Part shown: piece after piece, positions 35,601 through 48,554 of the stretch
Layout: every line of letters begins with the position of its first letter
Numbering within the stretch: position 1 is the first letter of the stretch
From: Lophium mytilinum
Taxonomy: Eukaryota
DNA length: 64,000 bases
NCBI GenBank assembly: GCA_010093605.1
Contig: MU004186.1
Location: 637,765 to 701,764 of the forward strand
Reading direction: 5' to 3'
Program-made: the position numbers and the translations under genes
Notes under the pieces: model-generated
Told to the model about the DNA's origin: nothing
The model's database searches: none
What the model saw: only the letters and a program-made list of their open reading frames with translations

Positions 35601-36434
35601 AATAGGCGGCCGTAAGGGCGTTAATATAGTAGTTAACTATAGAATATACTAGAGAGAAACTAAATAAGTTTAATACATCTTATAATATAGCGGCAGTATT
35701 AGAGCTAGTAAGCTTGCAAGTATTAAAGTAATAGGCGATAAAGAGATTATATATACTTTTAGCTAACTATTATTATAGTATAGTTGCGGCGCGTACTACT
35801 ACTGCCTCTATAGAGGACTTAAATTCTATAGCGTAATATTATATATATTACTATACTTATAGCCTATACTATTATAGATAGAAGGGGGGCCTTATAGCTA
35901 AGGTTAAGGCAGGCTATAGGCCTAAGGTTAAGGCAGCCTACGGGCCTAAGGCTGCTAGCTAAAAGGCGTAGAAGGATTATATACCGGCCGTGTAAGGTAA
36001 AGAAAAGGTAATTAGGTAGCTATAGGTATATATAGGTTACGCCCTATATATAGTAGCTGTTTTAAATTATTTAAATTACTATAAGAACTTATACTAATAA
36101 AAATATAGGTGTAAATTTAAATAGTATATATAACGCGTTAATATATAATATATATAATATTAATTCTATCTATATACTAAGCTACTATATTATTCTACTA
36201 AACCTTATATAGCCTTCTCTCTATATAGGTAAGCTACCTATATTATAGGTGAGCCGCCCACTACCCACTAATTTGTAAAGGAGTTGTGTAAGCCCCTTTA
36301 TTTCCGTGCTAACGTGTTAATTTGGTGGCGTACAGGGGCCTCAACACCAACCTTTCCTCTCACGGGCGAGCTAGCCCGTGCGGGGTGTGGGCGGCGTGTG
36401 GGCAGCCGTGTGGGTGAGGGAGAAAAACCGCTAT
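32617..36434. mobile_element. Full-length but RIP-inactivated PIF/Harbinger DNA transposon (~3.8 kb), 28-bp TIRs, likely 3-bp TSD AAT
   Basis: ATAGCGGTTTTTCTCCC(A/T)CACCCACACG at both ends in inverted orientation, flanked by AAT. Reversing RIP changes on the + strand (~33450-33870) gives VWGSIDGT..FCRP...YSGYYK..GLKYQ....PDG, LYGD and ARI.VENTFG (Harbinger DDE nuclease). A degenerate second ORF appears on the minus strand (~34200-35900). Extreme TpA excess. Confidence 0.88.
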
Positions 36435-36567
36435 AATAACCACTTCTGCGACGTCAACATTGCATGTCCTATACGTAGGAGCGTTGATATCACAGAGCCA
36501 GCTACGGAAGTGACGGGTTCCTGCTTGGCGTAGACATATCGTAAAGTTTTAGCCCAATGGACAGCTC

Positions 36568-38443
36568 CTACACCAGCCTTATGCTTTCTCTAGGTTCTTT
36601 AAATGCGTCCATCGAATCCTTTACAAAAATCCTGCCCAACCCGATTCTTTCATATGTATTCGTGTTCTCTTTGCATTTCCTGAGGAGTAGCACTTCTCTA
36701 ATTGGATCAGCAGTACGGTTAGGGGGATGAGACAGCCGCAGCCGGGTACTGATCTGGATGCAGGAGACCACCGCGCCCGCTTCAATCAATGACTCATAGT
36801 CAGTTTTGAGATCAATCATACAGTACCCTGGATTGGAGTACTCTGCAGTGCTCGAGTCTTGACCCTCGATATGCCGTCTTCCTCTAACAAACGATAGAAG
36901 CCCGCATCCTGTGCCCTTATAATTCCAATCATGGGATGCCTTAGCGAACTTTTGCCTGCAAGCGTGGTCCGAAGAGATCTTACGCACTTCGGCTATGTCT
37001 AGACAGCCTCGAATTACGAGATCATTGCGGACGAGTCGTCCAGTAAACTCAGGTCCATCCCAATCGCACTGTAACTTTTCAACCTCGGCATTTAGTACAT
37101 ACTCGACTCTGGTTATTATATCTTTCGTGCGTCGGTGGTCAATTGCTTCGTTGACTGACAGCCAGGACCACGATGGCATAGGGAATTCGTAACTGTGAAA
37201 CCGCGTTCCAAGGTCGGAGGCGTTCCAAAGTAATCCAAGAATCAAATCACTTTTCCAAAGCCCTAGAACTGGTATATCTTTGGTCCGCTGGGCGAAATAC
37301 TTTATCACGCCGGTGATTGCCGCCAACCGATCAGACTCATAGGTGAGTTGCCTTCTTGTGTAATCCTCGATCCAACGCCACCATTGAGCCTGCGATATAT
37401 CATCGCTGGATCTAGTTCTAACGTAAAAGGAATCAGCAAGCAGATCCTCCCCTTCGTGGGTCACCATCTGCACCCTGGTCTTGCATCCCCACTGGAGTAC
37501 TGGTGCACAGAAGGTTATCGATCTAAAAGAAAGAAGATCCTCTTGAAATGCCCAAGCCCGACCGTAGAGTGGAGAGTCTAATATTTGCAACTTGCGATAG
37601 ATTTCCTCTTTCCACTTTTGTTCTTGTGTAAACCAGTCATTTCTCAAGAATCCGTCTTGACAGTCAGCAGCTGAGGCAGCCGTAATCGTTATGGACGCGT
37701 TCTGATAGACTGAAGCCATTTTCCCAGCTTCGATAGCCCAGTCCCCTGGATGTGTCCTAATGCCATCGTCGTCTTCCAACAATACCTTCTGAATGATGCA
37801 CAATGCATCGACGTAAAGGTATTGAAGACCGAGCTCCCAGGTGACGAAGATGGCGTCTTGGATTGTCCGCGGCAGACGGTTCCATGGTATGCATTTCTTA
37901 TGCTCTTCTAGCCTATTGATGGTAGTTTTGTAATTGGCCCCCGAGGTCCCCCAGCAGTACGACAAAGCAGCATAACTACCCTTTTTCCCGTCTCTCAATA
38001 AGACGAATTGAGTCTATCTCGTTTGCCTGGCCAACGTCAATGACCCTGGTGGGTAAAGTAGTGATGCCGACTCGAGACGAGCCACATCTGGGATGGTCTG
38101 CGTTGCACTTATCAACCCATTTCCGTACAGAAGAAAGAAGTAGAGTGACTTTATCATCTAGGAGAAGGGCCTCTAAATGCGCGCCATTAGATGAAACAGC
38201 TGGAGCCAACGAGACCGAGGAATCACTGTCATCGGGTCCTAGATCAGCTCTTTTGCTCAGGTTCTCTGATATGATTCGACTTCTGCTAGAGTTCTTCAAA
38301 TGGCCTTTTGCGAGGAGCAAGGGCTTTGTCGACTCCTCCGAGTCGCTGATGGGCAGTCGCCGGCGTTTGTTCGGAGGTGGCCCCACCGGCATGGGATGAT
38401 TCCAAGGGCTCCTTCGTGGCCTCTTGGATTGGTAGCCTGACAT
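36568..38443 (-). pseudogene. Heterokaryon-incompatibility (HET) domain gene with a frameshift at ~37990
   Basis: WVDKCNADHPRC...LPTRVIDV...IRLIE in one frame; YAALSYCWG, LPRTIQDAI, YVDALCIIQ, MASVYQNA, RAWAFQE, RQLTYESDRLAA, PSWSW in another. No intron signals at the shift. Confidence 0.8.
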
Positions 38444-39331
38444 CCTGTAAATCCAGATAGAAAAACGTGGCCTCGACGGCAAAGAAATAGTAGGCTGACA
38501 GCTCTGTCGAGGTATGGTGTCTAAACAAAGATTCGGTAGAAGAGGAACGCGATTAGAAGACGAGCCGTTCGCGGGCCGAAAGCGAAACAGAAACTGTATG
38601 AATCAATAGACTTGGGAGGGTGAAGAAGTCTAGATGTTTGATCACTGTAGCGCGATCTAGGGTGCAGTCGCTCTGTTCTAGTACCCTGTTATTCATGCAG
38701 ACTGACGTGGCGTGAGGGGCTCATCATCTCTTGGAATCTCAGCCTTGTCGACGCTGGTAACTTGATAGGTCATGAGATACGTAGCTGCGCGTGCGGCTGT
38801 AGGTGCCGTTGCAGCCTCGTCCGCCCGGTGAAGGCACAGCCCGTGTGGTGGCTTGTTTAGGTATCCATGCTGCATGCGGCGCAGCACTCGACCCTCCAAA
38901 TTCCAACCTTCTTGCGATGCCAATCCCACGATACTGATAAGGGTCGCTGTGGGCGGCAATGATTGTATTTTTATTGGCGAAAAAGCTAGCTAATCCACGA
39001 GCCGGAGAAATGCATGATAGAAGTTGCTGTGTAAGCTACTAGACGAGAACCTACGACACGCCGACTGGCCTTGCAACTTTCAGTAGCCTTGAGATTTGCA
39101 GTCGGGATTGGGACCGTGATGTGAACGATGAGACAAAGTAGTGCAGCAAACTTCGTGGCCAAGGTGGCGGATTGCTTCCTACATTTGCAGATGGCATTGA
39201 TACTCTTGGTCTATCTTGTGAGTCTTTCAGAATTCCACTTTTTACGCAGACAAGTATACCGTTCATATAACACGAAAGAGCAAAGCTCTTCTTCAAGCTC
39301 CACCACTAGACACTGCCAACCACCAGGCCCT

Positions 39332-42300
39332 CTACTTTCCACTTCGTCCTCCCAACTTGGCAAGCAACCTCTTCTGAGTATCGCCTAACCTCACGAATGG
39401 CAGAGTCTTCTCCGTCGGCTGCGGCAAGAAGCCCACCTCAATCAGGAACGCAAGATACACCTCCACCGTCTGCAGTTCTACCGCTGCTCCCTTCGAAACG
39501 TCATGACCAGTCCACTTGGCATCCAGCTTAAGCGCCTTCGCTGCGTTAGCGTCGTCGAGTTCCGGGGCGCGCGTGTCGCTGGGCAAATCGCCGGTGACGA
39601 AGTGGTAGAGAGGTAACAGTGCATGCTCCTCCTTGCCCTCTCGGATGTAATCATCTAGCTTCTGCTTCCATTCCTCGTATGATACTTTCTTAACCCCATA
39701 GGCAGCTAGTGCCTCGGTGAATTGATTGAATGTCAGGCGGGGATGCGAAGTGACTTGGGCAACACCAAGGGGCTCTGTTGGTGGGTAGAAAGAGGTTGCC
39801 ACGACCACGCGAGCCACGTGCGTGACAGGAACCATGTTGACGGTGTTATTCATATCGATGGACACGCCGATTTGGATGCTGCCTTTCAGCATACGGACGA
39901 GGAAATCATCCGTATTGGTAGCTGGTGAATGTTAGCCTTGCACGTCCTCAAGGATGAAGTCCAAATGAGATAGGTAACTCACTTCCTTTCTCCGGATCGC
40001 CAGTCACATAACCTGGCCTGATAATACACCCTTTCAGGCCTCTTTTTCCAGCGGCGCGGACGAGATATTCGGCAGCCCACTTGCTCTGGCCGTAGCCGGA
40101 TCCGAGACCCTTCCTCGACCCTTCTAGATCATCGGCTTCGCTGACTCCAGCACCGCCTTCCGCAATGCTCTGCTCTGACACCTTGATATAGTGCTCATTG
40201 TCAAGAACAGATGTCGAGCTGACGAACCCGAGCTGCTTGGCCTTTCCTGTCGCACACAAGGAGAGGATGGTCATGGTACTGAGGACGTTCGGGGCACGTA
40301 GTCGCGAGTAGGGAAGAACCCAATGGACTAGTGCTCCATTGTGAATAACCACATCTACGGTGTCTGCGAGCCGATTCCAGACGTCCGGGGCGAGTCCAAA
40401 GTTTGCTTTTTCGAGATCGCCAGGCAAGCACTCCAATCGAGACTTCCAGTTGTTACTCCAGACATCCCATATACCGTAAGCTTGGCAGATATCCGTAATT
40501 CTGCTGAGCGCTGCTTCTCCGTCTTTCGCTCGCACAAGGGCAACGACTTTGACTGTTGGAGATTTCCTAGACAGCAGATCTTGAAGGATGAAAGCCCCTA
40601 AGAAGCCTGTAGCTCCAGTAAGGAACACAGTATGCTCCTTTGTAGGATCCAGGTCGCGGGCTTCGAACTTCTCGATCAATTGCTTGCTGAGATCTCTTGC
40701 GTCGGCTGAATAATCTTCGTCTTCTGGGTCGTCATCAACCGCCTCGCCGACGTCAAGTCGAAGACCGACAGGATCTAATGCTTGGTCTACATTCGCTGAG
40801 AAGCCACGAAGTGTTGGGTATTGAAAAATGATGGACATCGGGACATCGATATCCCTCCACTTCTTCCTCACAGCCATAAGCATTTGTTGGGCAATAATGC
40901 TATGGCCACCAAGGTCAAAGAAAGAGTCGCTTCCGCCAATGCTATCTGGGTTTACTCCCCGGATTAAGTTGGCCCAGATTTCGGCCACGGCCTTCTCTGT
41001 TGGCGTGAGTGCTTTGCCCAATTGTGAAGGCCTTCGAGCTCCGGCAGCGGCTAATTGTCCTGGCTCGGGGAAAGGTAATGCGGGACGGTCAATCTTCCCA
41101 TTAGGGTTCAAAGGGAAACGGCTGAGCGGAACCAAGACGGACGGAACAGCATACGCTGGTAGCTTCTTTTTCAAGTGCTCCCTTACGTCGTCTCGCAGAA
41201 ATTTGAAACGCTTCAACATGCCTACCATGCTGGTGTCAGTCGAGTCATCGATCCTACCATGGTCTTCGAGCCATTGATACCACCGCTTCATTTCGGGAAC
41301 GATGTAGCCTTGGCGCGTTAGCATACGGTTGCAACCATAGTCTGAAGTAATACTACTCACTAACGAGTGTCGGTTCTTCGTAAGCGTCACGCTTCAGCAG
41401 GGTGACATTCTCCCGAACTAACGGGTGGGCGGCAAGATGGGAATCGATTTCTCCCAATTCGATCCGGAACCCGCGAATTTTGACCTGTGAATCAACCCGT
41501 CCCGAGCAGTGCACGTTTCCATGCTCATCGTAATATCCCAAGTCACCAGAACGGTACAACCTGTCCCTTGGGCCCTTCCAGAACTCCCGCCATGGGGCAG
41601 GGTTCTCAGCTGCTTTGACGTTATCCTCCTTAACCCATTTCTCGTTGTCGACAAACCAGTTCTTGACAAATTTCTCAGATGTCAGGTCTGGAAGCCCTAG
41701 ATATTCTTCTGCTAGACCTCCTGCACGAACATATATTTCGCCACTCTGTCCCACCTTGCATATTTTGGTTCGGTCCTCACGGTCGACGACAAGTAGTTGG
41801 ACGTTGTTCATACCTCGTCCCGCAGGAATGACTTCGGGCATCGTATCCAGGAAGTCAGGCGAGTCATTACGGCTAGGAAGCTCGTAATAGCTCACCGCTC
41901 GCTGGGTTTCTGTGGTTCCGTACATGTTCACGATCCGCACATTTGGAGCCAGCTCCTGCAACCTTCTGCAATCCCGCTTGATGAGCAAATCCCCGACGAA
42001 GAACGAGTGGTGCAGGCTTTCGAAGATTGCTGCCGCGCCCCCGACCAGAATTTGTCCCATGGCAGGTGTCAGGTGGGTTACAGTCGGCTTGTACTTCCGC
42101 ATCCATTCAGCTAGCTTCTCATGCTGGATGTCTTCTTTGCTTGGGACAAGCAATTGTGCTCCGAGGAAAAGCGGCGTGAATATGTCCCGCTGAATAGGAT
42201 CATGGGCTATACCTGAAAGCATCGTGAACCTGTCATTGTCCGAAAGTCCGAACCTCTCGGCCATCCACGGAAAGTAATGTGTCAGCGAGAAGTGCCGTCC

Positions 42301-43021
42301 TCTGACGCCCTTTGGACGCCCTTCAGAGCCAGATGTAAAAGACAATGTCGGCGTCGAGTCTGGGCCGACAACAACGGGTGTGAACGTGTCTAGTTTCTGC
42401 TGCTCATCTAGACAGTCTTGCTCATTGACCTGCCCTCCTACCACTGTTCCATCATCAGCGAGACGTAGGCCAGGAACTTCCGTGCGCAGATCTAGATGTT
42501 CCGATATATATGAGCGAACTTGCTCGGACAGGGGCCCTGCTTCTTGTGTGGCTTTGTCGATAACCACTAGGGCTCGTGGTTGGGAGACTTCTAGGTATAT
42601 GCACTGACGGTCAGGAGGGTATCTGGGAAGAAACAAGTCTGTTAGCATCCGAAATAAGACGTTCACAATGTGAAAGGCCTTACAGAGGATCTAGAACAGA
42701 GAACGTGGCTCCCGCAGCCAAAGCAGCCATGATTGCAACCACCAGATCAACACCTCGGTGGGCAAAGATCATGACCACATCTCCCCGCTGTATGCCGCGT
42801 TCTACGAAGTGAGTAGCTAGAATTGCAGATGCCCTATAAATCTGCTTGTACGTGAATTCGCGCTGCGGTGAGGAACTCGAGGCCGTCTCAACCACACATG
42901 TTCGCTCTGCGTACTGTCCTTGGGCATTTCGTCCAAAGATATCGAAGATAGACCCCTTGAAATCCGACCAGTATAGATCCGCGGTGGGATCCGGCAGTAC
43001 TGGCCCAGACTCCATGGCCAT
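39332..43021 (-). CDS. LYS2: L-aminoadipate-semialdehyde dehydrogenase (alpha-aminoadipate reductase; A-T-R domains), multi-exon
   Basis: [10 protein letters not shown] start; [65 protein letters not shown], reductase [10 protein letters not shown] and GYGQSKW. Confidence 0.96.
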
Positions 43022-43613
43022 TGTAAGGGTCAGTTGGGTATCAATGAAAGGTGCAAACGGTAATTCTCTGCTCCAGCGACGGGAGTGGTGGAGACCAGTC
43101 TAAAGACGATGTTTGGAGCTTGTAGAAGGTCAATTGAACTCCATGTCATCGGGGTTTCCGCTCAAAATCCTTTTCGAGTCACACATACAGGAAATGGCGC
43201 AACAAGGTGGGATGGATGGAGTCATGCGAGATCGGCCTGTAGAAAAATATCTGGGGAAAGGAACAAACCTCCGCCGACGCCGAAGACTTGGCAAAAGCAG
43301 GGGGGAACCTTCCATTGGGACACCAAAAAGTTCACCGCGATCGTCACTCCGCATCTTGACACGACGCCTCTTTAGACACCCCCTCTACTCCTCGCTATAT
43401 CATTTCTTCGCGTCTTGCCTACGCAGCCCCTCCTTGTCTCCACTCTCTACGTCCACTTCTTCTTCCATTATCTCAGGCCGCGTCACTGCGCCAGGGGGCT
43501 TTCGGACTGCAGACGAGCACAAGACGTGGCCGTATCCTCTTCATTGAGTGACTTCTGATGCGGAACTAAGCCTTCTGCGCCCTCTCTTTCCTCGTCGAGT
43601 CCAGTCTGCCATC

Positions 43614-45488
43614 ATGCCTGTTCAGCGCACCTGCTGTGGGCACCCCATTGTCCTACGGATGCCGCCCCGACGCTTCCAATTACTCTTTGGCATTATAACA
43701 TTCATAATTCTCTCTCTAGTCCTGTTTGGACCACCTTCTAGTGCGGACATACCCACTGTAGAAGAGCTCAAAGAAACCATCAAGAATCCAAAGCTTCCGA
43801 AGGTCCCATCCGTGCACAACCCCTTCGGCCAAGGGGCTCACAAGTCGCCCATCCAACCAAACAGCACTAGTGGCGATGCCACATGGTTCTCGGATTGGAC
43901 ATGGAAGAACCCTTTCTCATCATCCATCACTCTGGACGAAAATCGCGCTGTCTTACCTCCCTTGACCAATCGACCGCCGATATACACATACTACGAGTCG
44001 GGGAAGAAGCAGGACGAGGAGCTCTCCAAGGCAGAACACGCGCTACTTCTAGCATGGAGGCGGGCTTGGTGGGCACAAGGCTTCAAGCCACAGGTTTTGT
44101 CGCGTGCGGAGGCTCAGAAGAACCCGCTGTACGAGTCTTTGCAGCGCCTCCGACTTGATTCCAAATTGGAAATGGAAGTCGTGAGATGGCTGGCGTGGGG
44201 CCACATGGGAACAGGAGTGCTAGCTAATTGGCTGGCCTTGCCAATGGCATCTCATGATAATCCCATGTTGGCCTACCTGCGTCGAGGGGAGTATCCTATC
44301 CTGAGTCGCGTGGAGAGTCTCCAGAACGGCATTTTCTTTGGAGAAAAGGCCGCCATCAACGGTGCGATTAAGAAAGTCCTGGAGGATTCTATTTGGGCAA
44401 ATGCAACCGCGAACAAGGACAAAATTGAAGGATTAGCGAAAGACGGTGGTGTAATGATCAACCTTCTCGACAAGGATACGCTGGACGAGGACAGAAAGGC
44501 GGACGGCATTGCCTTCTACGACACGAACACGATTGTATCAAAATACAAGACCGTCGCCGAAAAGATAACCAACACCACGAATCCCGAAGGGCTAAGAAGC
44601 CTCGCAACGCTCATAAACTCCCACCTGCATCTAACGTGGCAAGAATCGTTCCCGTCCGGCGTCGCAATCCTCAAACCCCTTCCCGAACACACCACCGCTC
44701 TTACCGAGGAAGCTATCGACATCGCTAGGAACCTCACCCAATGTCCCGACTCCCCTATCGTTGCATCATGCCCACCAAACAAACCAAAGTGCAAACCGTG
44801 TGTCGCTTCGAGCCGAATGCGCATGAAGCTCCTCCCCCACTTCCGCAACGACACTACCCTATACACCATCGGCTCCGTCCCGCATCCATACACCCTCACC
44901 AGCCTCCACTACACCCGCGACAACATTGACAAGACCTTCATCCGCCGCAAAGCGGAACGAGACATGTGGATCTTCGCCGCCACCCAAGAAATCCTCGGCT
45001 CCACGTCATCCGGCCAACGGCGCGTCGTGCGCTTCAAGGAAGCAGTTGCGTCCCCTCGCACAGCATCGCACTCTCTCTGGCTGACCGCCGAGCGCGAGTC
45101 GCAGGTCGATCTGGACTGGATCTTCGGCTTCAACCTCCCCCAGTCCTCGTGGAACGGCCAGTCGGAGCCCCCGGTGCCAGGTCCGGAACGGCGGCCTCCC
45201 CCGCCAGAAGAAATCGAGGGCGTCAAGAAGCCGCAGGATAATGAGCTGCGCATGGAAAAGAACAGGCTGCGGAAGGCGAGGGAAGCGATTAAGAGCAAGG
45301 ATCGCAGGATGCAGGAAGCGGTTGGTGTGATAGAGGCGTGGAATCTGGCGGACACAGAGGCGTGGCGGTTCGCAAGAGCTTTCAGCGCAAGGAGGAGGGT
45401 GGAGCGGAGGAAGTGGGAAGAGGAAGAGCAGGGGTTTGCGGGTGCGGAGAAGAAAGCTGGTGTGGGCGGCGGGAGGTGGGAGGACTGA
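43614..45488 (+). CDS. Conserved fungal hypothetical protein, N-terminal signal-anchor (type II membrane)
   Basis: Single long ORF; TM FQLLFGIITFIILSLVLF; motifs DWTWKNPFSSSITLDENRAVLPPL, LLAWRRAWWAQGF, EAWNLADTEAWRFARAF. Confidence 0.8.
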   Translation: MPVQRTCCGHPIVLRMPPRRFQLLFGIITFIILSLVLFGPPSSADIPTVEELKETIKNPKLPKVPSVHNPFGQGAHKSPIQPNSTSGDATWFSDWTWKNPFSSSITLDENRAVLPPLTNRPPIYTYYESGKKQDEELSKAEHALLLAWRRAWWAQGFKPQVLSRAEAQKNPLYESLQRLRLDSKLEMEVVRWLAWGHMGTGVLANWLALPMASHDNPMLAYLRRGEYPILSRVESLQNGIFFGEKAAINGAIKKVLEDSIWANATANKDKIEGLAKDGGVMINLLDKDTLDEDRKADGIAFYDTNTIVSKYKTVAEKITNTTNPEGLRSLATLINSHLHLTWQESFPSGVAILKPLPEHTTALTEEAIDIARNLTQCPDSPIVASCPPNKPKCKPCVASSRMRMKLLPHFRNDTTLYTIGSVPHPYTLTSLHYTRDNIDKTFIRRKAERDMWIFAATQEILGSTSSGQRRVVRFKEAVASPRTASHSLWLTAERESQVDLDWIFGFNLPQSSWNGQSEPPVPGPERRPPPPEEIEGVKKPQDNELRMEKNRLRKAREAIKSKDRRMQEAVGVIEAWNLADTEAWRFARAFSARRRVERRKWEEEEQGFAGAEKKAGVGGGRWED

Positions 45489-46147
45489 TCTTGGAAGTTC
45501 AGGTGCGTTGTGTATTATACGGGACGCGTTTTTTGCGGGGGCGTTGGGGTTTGCGACTCAAAGAGCCGGTTAGGGCGTTAGGTAGAGTCGCCGCATTCCT
45601 ATTCGGAGTGTGGTTGGCATTAGATCATCTGAAGAATCCAGAAAGAGTTGAGGTCTCTGTTCTCTTTAAAGTCGCATTGCCTTGGCCACATCCAGAATAT
45701 GTTCCTTGTCATGAGGAGAGCTTCTACCTCGTCAAGTATTCGAGTTCCATCTTTTCGAGGACATGACCGTATTGCTGGCAACGCTCAAGACTTCTAAAGG
45801 CGGCTTCACCCTGTCCACACCGACGCCGCAGGGACTGGTAAACAAAGCTTTGCGAGTTATTGTTGAAACGCCAGTGGACAACCTCACAGTGACACTCAAA
45901 TGTAAGCAGACCGTCTCAATACTGTATTCAGCTACTGTGCCAGTAACAAACGCGCCATAAAGCCGTCAATCAGAACTCATGTGGGAATCATAACCCCCAA
46001 AACGCCGACGGTTGTACACACAGTGTATCCTCCAAGTCCCTTTTCCTGCCCAGGAATCAAGAAACGCCATGCCCATGCCCATGCCGCTGAAAATGCAAAA
46101 ATGGTCTCCACCAGCCAGAATGGCCCCGCGGAACCAATTCGGTCTTA

Positions 46148-47238
46148 TTAGACGTGAGCGATATCATCGTCCCCCCTAGGACCAAGACGACACGCCCGGA
46201 CCAACCACGCCTCCCACCAATTCCGCACGCCCATCACCGTTGCGCGCCCGTCATTGTGCCCGTCCTGGCCAGCGGGATCGCCGAGGATGGCGGAGAAGAA
46301 CCAGAAGAAAGCTGCCACCCAGCTTGCCACCGCAACGCCTACAGCAACGAAGGGAGCGAACAGCTGTACGATGACAAGCATGGACGCACTGTAGCGATTC
46401 GGTCGAGCTCTGGATTGTATAAAGCGTAGTTGCTGATTTAGCGGAGGGGCGAGGAATATAGCGAGCTGTTCGTTGAAAGTCGGTCGAAAGCTGCAGAAGC
46501 GAAGGGGTTGGAGTATGCAGGTGATGACGATGGCGAGTAGAGTCCATATCATAAGAACGAATGAGAAGATGGCGCAGGGTGCGGCGAGGTAGAGCTGTGG
46601 GTCTGTTAGCTAGCTTGTCACGACGGCTGACAGCTCTGCCGTGCACTCCTCCTGCTGTTCGAGGTGCCTTTGGGAAGTTCATTCAGGGTTCAACAAGATG
46701 AACTGCAGAGTGCTAAGAATACATCCAGGGCCTCTCAACAGCGGTCTACCTCGAGACAGTCTCATAGTCCTACAAAGATTATACGTACATTGACTCGTAA
46801 AACATCCATCTCTGGAGCTTCGTCGTGGTGTCCCTGATCGGAGGTGCGTCTTCGTTCTGGGTCGGATAGTGATGGGTGGGTTCGTGATGTTCGTGGTTGG
46901 GGGCTCGGTGGGAAGCCATTCTGCTTTTCCAGATCCAATTGGGCGCGCGGAGGGAAGGTGATGCTGGGATGCGATGTTCCTTCTGTTTGCGAGTGTCTAG
47001 AGGTGATGGAGACAGGGCTTGGCGGCGAGGAGACCTTCGGCGAGAAAGGGTGCGATATGACCGAGTCCCGACTTGGAACAGACGAATGCATCCGCGGCGA
47101 GCGCGAGTATTCCGATATAGGCGTTCCATAGGCACAATTGGGCGGATGGGGTGCGTTGAAGGTTGCTGCGCGACGTCGGTCGATGTCGCTGTCGGGAGCC
47201 ATGGCCATGGCAGGCCGGGAGCGCGGCGGAGCAGCCAT
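46148..47238 (-). CDS. Hypothetical membrane protein; intron 46595-46788
   Basis: ORF 46762-47238 is joined in phase 0 (GTACGT...CTAAC...CAG) to hydrophobic ORF LYLAAPCAIFSFVLMIWTLL...FFWFFSAILGDPAG.DG.NDGR. Confidence 0.75.
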
Positions 47239-48554
47239 AGCGGAGAAGGTGCAGTCGAAGCGGGCGGCAGTCGTCTATGGGTTGGGTCGCGGAGGGAGAG
47301 ATGGGGATACCATGATATAGATGGCTTCCCCTCAGGAGAGGCTTGGAACAGAGGTTACATGCCGTCAACCACGAAGTGTCTCTTGGAAGCCCGCTTGGCA
47401 CTCCAGGCTCTTTCGACACTTCGCCTGCTGCCAAGTCTGCCGAGGGCTTGGTAGTGGGTGTGTTGAGGGCGGTGGCCAATGGGGTCGCCTGCGCGGAGGA
47501 GGCCTGCACGATTGTGCTTTTGCTTCCAGCACCACAAGGCTGATGCAGAGCGGACAAGACGGATTGCCCGGCACGCCGCGCATTCGCCGACAAACTGCGC
47601 GCACTTGGCCGCTTGGTGTTGTGCTCTGTTTGCTCGGCCTGATGGTCACGGTCGCCGCGCCAGCTCCATCAGGAGCGCCAAGGGCCGCCGTGCTCGCTGG
47701 GCGCGTTTGTGATACGTCCGCTGGCCTTGTGGATGATATATCCTCAGGAGTCCAAGCGGATGCGTGATGCCCAGGCTTCTCCGCCCAGCGCTCAGGATGC
47801 AAACGTTTCAGGGCCCCGCGTACAGGCGTGCCGTGTGACTGTGACTTGCGCATGATGGAAAACCAGTAGGGTGCTCGTCCGTGGTATGAGAGTGGCCAGG
47901 TCCAGAATTACTCGCCGTTTGCGTTGCATTTTGTCTTTGGGTCAATGACGCGGTGCGAGGCTCCAGAGATGTGCCAGCCGAGGGACGAGATTTGGTGGCT
48001 TGGCAATGTGAGATCGGTGAAGGTGATGCGACACAAGGGCTGAACGCAGGCGAGGCGATGGCGAAGGCGTAAGCAAGGGCAGCAAGCCCGATTCTCACGA
48101 TGCAGTCCTGGTGTTGAGTTCCAGAAGGCTTCCCGTCGTCGTCCGCGACACCACGCCATCCAAGTGTGGGCTAGCTTACGGTCACGTGATGTTCTTACTA
48201 GCGTGTCCCGCTCGTGTAACATCGCCAGGCAGCTGCCATTTCAGCTTCAGCCTGATGCTGCCTCCTCGCTGCCTGCGGCCATAGTATAGATCAACAACTC
48301 TGTAGTCAATTGGTTTTGTTCTGCTTTGCATCTCCTTCCTTTTCATCTGTCAACAAGCCTGATCTCAGTGGAGAGCAGACACGTCTTGACGCCTGCGAGG
48401 TCTGATTGCATTATCACCTTCAACAATCGTTCACCACTCTTGACGCCACTCGTTTCTTCTCCTTAGCTCTAGTAATCTAGCCAGAGCTTTCCATTCCAAA
48501 TTATTCCCTGTGTTATCCTAAACTTGAGGACACTCCTCGACCCCACCAGCAAAC

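Noticed and set aside
39332..43021. NRPS-like secondary-metabolite cluster
   Set aside because: The A-T-R protein has Lys2-specific motifs and housekeeping neighbours; no tailoring enzymes or transporters nearby.
46897..48222. Many overlapping 100-200-aa ORFs
   Set aside because: GC-rich promoter/UTR region between divergent genes; no coherent protein signal.
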